From contig CM000434.1 of NCBI GenBank assembly GCA_000165345.1, forward strand, positions 576,001 to 640,000: a DNA stretch of 64,000 nucleotides, given 5' to 3'. Of this stretch, positions 58,206 through 64,000 are shown in pieces (position 1 is the stretch's first letter; the number at the start of each line of letters is the position of its first letter). The notes beneath the pieces were generated by a model, which was not told where the DNA came from, did not search any database, and was given only the letters and a program-made list of their open reading frames with translations. Made by a program: the position numbers and the translations under genes.

Positions 58206-58805
58206 ATATTCATTATATTACCAGATTCACCCATTAAATAAGGTTCAAATATTTCTTGTTATCTTTTTTCTGCTTTATGAAGATCTTCGATCGATCCTTA
58301 TTAAACATGCAAAACCCTTCCTAACATGAAATCAAGTGGGGTCATTGTGCCGCTCAATAATCCCACCCCACAAAAAATTTAGTGCCAGACCTTTGCTATT
58401 TCAAGGAAATGAAAATTTTAAGTTAAGCAGGTAGAGTATACTGCTAAACCCGCTAATTTTTTAAAGTCATTTAACAATAGCTGGAAGCTCAGTTTCCTAA
58501 CCTGAACTTTCTAAGTTAGCTTGAAATCTTCCTAATATCTACCCTCTATGACCCTAATTCGTTAAAGAAATTGATTCTAATATTACTCGAATGAGAATTT
58601 TGAAAACGAGATACTTATAATCTGATCTAAATCTTCTAATTAAAAGATAAAAAATAAGTTTCAATACTTTGTCTAATTTAATTATTTGTTTGTTGTGAAA
58701 AAAATCTAACTTTCAGGAAAGTAGATATATAAAAATAACGGAAATTTTATGTTAGCTTCTGCCAATTCCGAAGAGCAGACGGAAATGACTGTTCTGGATG
58801 AACGT

Positions 58806-60071
58806 TTATCGGATGTTTGGAACAACTGCATATCCAAAGACTTGTCTTCCTGGAGGTGGCTGCATAGGTGGTTGGTTTTGAGGAATAATTGGAGCTCTGC
58901 TATTATATGGCGGATTTTGAGGGGCATTCGGTGTGCCAGGAGGTGGGATGAGTGGCATATTTCCATGATTCCTGTTTGCACCGGTAGCTCCGCAGAAGCA
59001 AAAACCTCCAATAATGCAACTAATTATAAGGATAATAACAATGACTGAGATAGTCAATGGGCCGATGAATGAATTCTTATTATCTGATCCATTGTAGTTT
59101 TTATTCATGTACTCAAAATCGCCATTATCTCTAGTTTGAGGGGGCATTTGAGGAGCTTGAGGTGGAACCTGAGGTGGAACTTGAGGTGGGCCTTGAGTAG
59201 GGAATCTAGGAATCTGAGGTGGTGTAACATAACCAGGATGCCCAGGCATTTGTGGTACTTGCATTGGAGCATATAATGGCGCAATACTTGGCTGTGCAAT
59301 AATAACAGGTTGGATGTGCCTATTAACAACTTCAACTCGTTTAAGTTTATTAGCCTTGCTATCTTTGTTTTTTCTAACTTTTTTCTGATGATGACTAACA
59401 ACCTTATACTCCTCTCTTTCTCCGCTTTTATTAATAATATAATATCTCTTCCCAATCTCGCTTCTCCTAGCATTTCTATCTTTAGTGCATTTAACTCTAT
59501 TCTTTTTCGACTCGTTGATAATTATAACTCTGCAATCTCCAGTCTTACTTGAATGGTTATGCTTAGAGCAAGAACATGATTCCGAAGTCTTTGAATTTTT
59601 ATCGCTTGATGCCCTTGTATCAGCATTATTCACAAATAAAGTGTTTTCACTCAATTTCAATGTTTCTGTATCCAAAGAAGCTGATACCTTTTGCTCTGAA
59701 TCAATTTTAGTAGCTGGCTCCTCAATTGTTGTATTCCTGGGAATATCGCTAGAGTATATAACACTACTTGATGGAACAAAGCCTAATACGTCTTCATTCC
59801 CTGTTGGAGAATCAGTATATGGATCCTTAATACTATCAGAATCAACTTTACTTTTGGCAGTCTCTTCAATGGGAGAAGGATATTCCGCGTTCATCATGCT
59901 AATTAGTGTACTAATACTAATTCCTGCTTGTTTTGCTTCATCTTCAAGCTCACTAAGGGTAATATTATGTTTTTTACAAAATTGTAAAATTTCTTCTCCG
60001 CTACAGAATAAAAAAATACTTTGAAATAGCCCCAAAAAAATAAACGGCAGTAAAGCCCTCAACGATACCAT
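58806..60071 (-). CDS. Type I membrane glycoprotein (signal peptide, S/T-rich ectodomain, single TM, Pro-rich cytoplasmic tail)
   Basis: 421-aa ORF. Signal peptide: MVSLRALLPFIFLGLFQSIFLFCSG. PQVPPQVPPQAPQMPPQ repeats. TM: LTISVIVIILIISCIIGGFCFCG. C-terminal tail is P/Q/N-rich. Confidence 0.5.
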   Translation of the reverse strand: MVSLRALLPFIFLGLFQSIFLFCSGEEILQFCKKHNITLSELEDEAKQAGISISTLISMMNAEYPSPIEETAKSKVDSDSIKDPYTDSPTGNEDVLGFVPSSSVIYSSDIPRNTTIEEPATKIDSEQKVSASLDTETLKLSENTLFVNNADTRASSDKNSKTSESCSCSKHNHSSKTGDCRVIIINESKKNRVKCTKDRNARRSEIGKRYYIINKSGEREEYKVVSHHQKKVRKNKDSKANKLKRVEVVNRHIQPVIIAQPSIAPLYAPMQVPQMPGHPGYVTPPQIPRFPTQGPPQVPPQVPPQAPQMPPQTRDNGDFEYMNKNYNGSDNKNSFIGPLTISVIVIILIISCIIGGFCFCGATGANRNHGNMPLIPPPGTPNAPQNPPYNSRAPIIPQNQPPMQPPPGRQVFGYAVVPNIR

Positions 60072-60201
60072 CGTTCAAACTGTTATACACTTATTTCGAA
60101 CGAAAATAGCTCAAATTTGTCGAAATTTTATTACAAAGTCGAATTTTATAGATACCTCTTAGATTTAACCTTTTATCCAGGTAAAATTCGACTAATACAT
60201 A

Positions 60202-60229
60202 TGGCGCCATTATAGCAAATGTGGCGCCG
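60202..60229. promoter_or_regulatory. Two TGGCGCC boxes (ATGGCGCCAT and GTGGCGCCGCC) 12 bp apart in the divergent promoter of two membrane-protein genes
   Basis: TGGCGCCA at 60202-60209 and TGGCGCCG at 60222-60229. They lie ~130 bp upstream of the ATG of the 58806..60071 gene. Confidence 0.45.
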
Positions 60230-60839
60230 CCAATTAATGGATTATTTTCTTTCTATTTCATGATTTTGTAGCTTTTGCTATACAATGCTTAAGTACTATT
60301 CATGTTGGTCTAGCTAAGTTAGCTTTGTAGTTAATACCACTCAGAGATTTCTTTCATCATTTGCTTTAAAGACTCTGGTGTGGTTTATTATTAATTACTT
60401 TATGAGTATATAATGTAATTTTGGGCGATTGCACGCCTCAAATAATGTATGATCAAATAAACTGAAATCCTGAAAGCTATGAGTTATCTTCCCTACAAAA
60501 CTTCTAAACTTTACTGGAACTATTGCTTTAGAGCTTCAAAACATGGGGGCTCACCAAACTACTAAAGCTTTTTAAATTCACATAATTTATTTCATAAGAT
60601 TGGTATTTCTTTCTTAAACAATGGAATATATAACTAAAATAACCTTTAAGTGAGTATGTGAACGATTTTTTCTTTACGAGTTTTTTTCTGGTGTGAATGT
60701 AGAATTAAATTTGTATCTACACACAAAAGTCATTTAATTCTATGTATATTTAAGAGGCAGCTTGAGTTAAAATTGGAATAACCAAAATCCAAAATTTGTA
60801 AATTTTAATTGGAATGAGTAAATCATATAGAGCTGTGAA

Positions 60840-61613
60840 ATGAGATTAGAAGTACTATTTGCATTAATTCTTCTGATCTTTAATATTAATTATTCGCAAG
60901 GTTTAGGATTGAGAAGAAACTATAATAGCTATTCCGAAAGTGCATACACTGATATTAAAAGCAGTGAAGCAAAAGACTCTGATTCTGATTACTCCGATGT
61001 TAAAGATTCATCTGAGATCCTAAACAAATCCATTCCTTTAAACAAATCTGAAAAGTCTAACTATACATCTCAAGTAGAATCAGAAGATGAAGACGATGAG
61101 CCAGAGGCATTATCAAATAAAGTCAAAAGTGACAAACATTTTAGTGAAAAGGATGATGGTGAGGACGATTACAATTCCAATATTGAAAGCTCTGAAATTG
61201 AAAGCTCTCGGAATCACTCCCAGAGCAAAAAGATCAGCAAAGAAGAAGTGAATATGCCTCAGGTACAGTATATGGCTAGGCAACAAAGATTCAACCTTGC
61301 AAGTACTGTTAATCCTCCATCCGACGTTTCGAACATAAACTATGTATTCCTTTCTCCAGCAGCTCAAAGACGAATTGATAGAAAAATTTCAAAACTGCAA
61401 AAAGGAGGAAGATATCAAGGGTCAATGAGAGAAACTAAAGCTATTGGAGAGTGGCAGAAACGTTATTATAGCAGACCTGAAACAGAATATAGCGAAGCCA
61501 TGAGTTCAAATCAAGGAAACAACTCAATTTTCATGTGGGTAATCCTGGGGTTTATAGTCCTTCTATTAACGTTGATTTGTATATGTGGAATGCGCTTTAT
61601 AACTAAAGAATGA
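60840..61613 (+). CDS. Acidic Ser-rich type I membrane/secretory protein
   Basis: 257-aa ORF. Signal peptide: MRLEVLFALILLIFNINYSQG. Acidic SD/SE-rich ectodomain: SDSDYSDVKDSSE..EDEDDEPE. C-terminal TM: IFMWVILGFIVLLLTLICICGMRF. Confidence 0.5.
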   Translation: MRLEVLFALILLIFNINYSQGLGLRRNYNSYSESAYTDIKSSEAKDSDSDYSDVKDSSEILNKSIPLNKSEKSNYTSQVESEDEDDEPEALSNKVKSDKHFSEKDDGEDDYNSNIESSEIESSRNHSQSKKISKEEVNMPQVQYMARQQRFNLASTVNPPSDVSNINYVFLSPAAQRRIDRKISKLQKGGRYQGSMRETKAIGEWQKRYYSRPETEYSEAMSSNQGNNSIFMWVILGFIVLLLTLICICGMRFITKE

Positions 61614-61959
61614 TATTCTGGAACCTCAGAATGAAAATCATAGCATACAGTAACAAAAACATAGGTGCACAACTATTGATTAAGCAATAGTTACAATTAG
61701 AAAGGTTTAACTCCAATCAAATTATCAAGTAGTTCGGGATTTGAGGTTTTAGTTTAATTAAATATTAAATTTGAGAATTCTTCGAAAATTTAAACCAGCC
61801 ATGCTGAATACTTGTCAATTTTTTGCAAAAAAAAGATCTTAGTGCATCTGCGTCTCAAATTCCAGGCTTAAATTTGGCGGCATGCCTTGGGCCCCCTCAC
61901 CTTAGAGAATTAAATAGGTTCTTTGTGAAAAAGTTTTGTTACTAGGCCTTAAGAATAAT

Positions 61960-62952
61960 ATGGCTAACCCAGTCCGAGGAAATCGTGATCCACGAAGGTC
62001 TCTCTTGATTAGGTCTTTGAGGTTTGATACGCCTACCTCTCTGGTGAGGAGAGAGTTTGAGCGATTCGGAGCTATCCGAGACGTTTATCTACCGTTGGAT
62101 TACAGATCGAGAAGGCCAAGAGGATTTGGGTTTGTCGAGTATGTGGAAGAGGAGGATGCCAGGGCTGCTTTAGAAAAGATGGATGGTGCTACCTTGGATG
62201 GGGTAACAATAAATGTAACTTTTGCTCAGGAAGGAAGAAAGTCACCAGAGTCTATGAGACATAGAGAGTATGAATCGTTCCATGGGAATGGAGGTAGACA
62301 CTTATCTGGCCATAGATATGGGCCTCACAACCATTACAAATCAGATCCATATAGGCGTTATCCTTCTCCAAGAGACTACAGAGAAGGGTCACGTTCATAC
62401 GGTGGCAATAGGCATCCACCGTATCGTTCAAGGTCTAGATCACCACCTCCTTCTAGGGGGTATGAAAGATATAAGGAACAGTATAATTATCGTCGGGATG
62501 AAGATTTTAGACGGGAAGATTATCCACGCTCACATAATATAAGAGGTAGAAGTTATTCTAACGGAAATGAAGGAGGCAACTACAGATCTGAGATTTATGA
62601 AAGAAACTATCCACAAAGAGATTCTGCACGAAGTTACAGCCGAGGTAGAAGCAGAAGTCGAAGTGGGAGTATAGGTAGAAGTAGGAGCAGAAGTAGGAGC
62701 AGAGACCGTATCCGTAGTAGAAGCAGAAGCATGAGTGAATTTGGAAGCCGAAATGTAAGTTGTAGTGTGAGTAGGAACAGAAGCACAAGTCTTAACCAAT
62801 CATCTTGCGAAAATCCTGAAAGAGGTAGAAACAATCATAGAAAGATTGAGACTCCTCAAAATGAGTCCAACTTTTTTCAAAAAGAATTTATGAATGAACA
62901 TAATGAAAAGAATTATGATAGATCCGACTCTGACCGCCAAATGTCAAACTAA
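61960..62952 (+). CDS. SR-family splicing factor (single N-terminal RRM + RS/RD/RY-rich tail)
   Basis: The ORF track begins at TTG 61936; the first ATG is 61960 (MANPVRG). RRM: SLLIRSLRFDTPTSLVRREFERFGAIRDVYLPLDYRSRRPRGFGFVEYVEEEDARAALEKMDGATLDGVTINVTFA (RNP1 is RGFGFVEY). Tail: RSRSRSGSIGRSRSRSRSRDRIRSRSRS. Confidence 0.8.
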   Translation: MANPVRGNRDPRRSLLIRSLRFDTPTSLVRREFERFGAIRDVYLPLDYRSRRPRGFGFVEYVEEEDARAALEKMDGATLDGVTINVTFAQEGRKSPESMRHREYESFHGNGGRHLSGHRYGPHNHYKSDPYRRYPSPRDYREGSRSYGGNRHPPYRSRSRSPPPSRGYERYKEQYNYRRDEDFRREDYPRSHNIRGRSYSNGNEGGNYRSEIYERNYPQRDSARSYSRGRSRSRSGSIGRSRSRSRSRDRIRSRSRSMSEFGSRNVSCSVSRNRSTSLNQSSCENPERGRNNHRKIETPQNESNFFQKEFMNEHNEKNYDRSDSDRQMSN

Positions 62953-64000
62953 TTGGGAACAACGGGAACTTGACAAACAGAAAAACGAAGAATCCCCGAT
63001 TCCTAGCAAATAGTTTTATGAGAAATTTTTGGAAGAAGCAGTTGTAGATCTGAGAAAACGAACTAAAACAGAAGCAGAGTGATCGATGAGTCACGGCTGG
63101 TGGTGAACTTAATACATTTCAACTACCAGTAGTTTTGGACCAAAATACGAAACTGTATATGGGTTCAAATAAGGCTCTTAATAGATTTTTGTTTTCTTTA
63201 TTGTGCAAACGTTTCTTTGGTACACTTATAATGCTCACACTAACTCATTTAAGTTGAATTCGTTTGAATGGATGTCATCTTAATGATGTTTTTTTAAGAA
63301 AAGAAGACTTAATTAATCGAAATACTAGTATACACATTTTAAAATAAATTAAATTAAAAAAAAGCTTAAACTCTCAATAATTAAACTAAACAGATAAGTG
63401 AATTTAGATGTTTAAATGAGTTATGGACACAATAGTCAATCATGCTCCAACCCTGTTCACAATGTTCAGACTTTTGCCAAGAAACATAAAGCCTTTTCTC
63501 CAACTTAAATTGAAATATTAGCCTTTGACTTTAGGGCATTGCATGTACTCCCCCTGTTTGCTTGCGTGAGCTTTTAAGCATTCTATTGAAAAATATTTAA
63601 ATATCAAGAATTCACTGATGTAGCCAGGAACCCCCTAGTTTTCCACATCTTTGACTCTGTATGCCCCCAGTAGCCTTATATGGAGAGCACTAAAGAAAAC
63701 ACTGAGAAATCTTCTCAGCAACTTACTTTCCACAAGTCGGACTTACTTGGACACATCTGCACCAAAAATTTTCTTCCGCCTCTGAATTCACATTGCTTGC
63801 TATATTTGAGTTTGAAGACCCTAGTCAATGATATTGTAAGTTTATATTAAGTCGAAGTTAGCTTTCGACCATTTAAACATGATATTCAGTTGGCTAATGA
63901 TTTAAGATTCCATTTTACGGGTTTTTTGTCTCCAACCTATCTCCTTATTACCACTGTCAATGTCATTTTTCCTGTTTCTTGTCGTTTTCTTTGTCATATG

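Noticed and set aside
62634-62834. Leu-rich minus-strand ORFs (62530..62799, 62558..62788, 62634..62834) overlapping the SR protein gene.
   Set aside because: They are antisense translations of the (AGN AGN)n RS-repeat coding region. The repetitive purine-rich codons give open antisense frames by chance.
1-64000. Prokaryotic-type systems: CRISPR arrays, toxin-antitoxin pairs, operons, IS elements, phage genes.
   Set aside because: No direct-repeat/spacer arrays and no terminal inverted repeats flanking a transposase. Genes have eukaryotic features: spliceosomal introns, FG-nucleoporin, SR protein, LUC7, ERCC1 and HECT. Organisation is divergent/convergent rather than co-directional.
63100-64000. 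Possible gene in the last 900 bp, which has slightly higher GC and short ATG-initiated frames on both strands.
   Set aside because: No frame of 60 aa or longer. Without spliced evidence I cannot assemble exons convincingly. It may be a multi-exon gene running off the window edge, but that cannot be supported from sequence alone.

Overview
This is an AT-rich (roughly 30% GC), compact eukaryotic nuclear locus with no prokaryotic features: no CRISPR arrays, no operon-like gene runs and no insertion-sequence-like elements. About 30 protein-coding genes lie on both strands at roughly one gene per 2 kb, separated by short AT-rich spacers, plus one tRNA-Ser(UGA). All three stop codons (TAA, TAG, TGA) are used. 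Many encoded proteins have Asn/Ser/Lys-rich low-complexity stretches. Several lines of sequence evidence point to an apicomplexan, most plausibly a Cryptosporidium-like genome; this is an inference, not a database hit. The evidence is: three ApiAP2-type AP2 DNA-binding domains in two genes; a 15-repeat MORN1-like protein; GGCGCC / TTTCGCGCC E2F-like boxes in several divergent promoters; and mostly intronless genes. Recognisable products are a QSOX-type sulfhydryl oxidase, a NOT2/3/5-domain protein, a HECT E3 ligase, a prenyltransferase alpha subunit, tRNA isopentenyltransferase (MOD5/MiaA), LUC7, an FG-repeat nucleoporin, MORN1, a MYST histone acetyltransferase, ERCC1, a VAP (MSP domain), a J-domain protein, an RTEL1-like Fe-S helicase, an MT-A70-like methyltransferase, an FKBP, a Cid1/Trf4-type nucleotidyltransferase, a TPX2-repeat protein and an SR splicing factor. 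There are also several large lineage-specific orphan proteins. Most genes are single long ORFs. At least two genes are split by very short GT..AG introns of 44-72 nt: the MOD5 gene (6 exons, fragmented into three pieces in the ORF track) and a small signal-anchor protein gene on the minus strand. Two convergent gene pairs have overlapping stop codons. I found no novel multi-gene system in the prokaryotic sense. The most notable items are the cryptic intron structures, the E2F-like promoter boxes, perfect AT-rich inverted repeats upstream of the MT-A70-like gene, and a GC-rich non-coding island with a T-run end upstream of an ApiAP2 gene.
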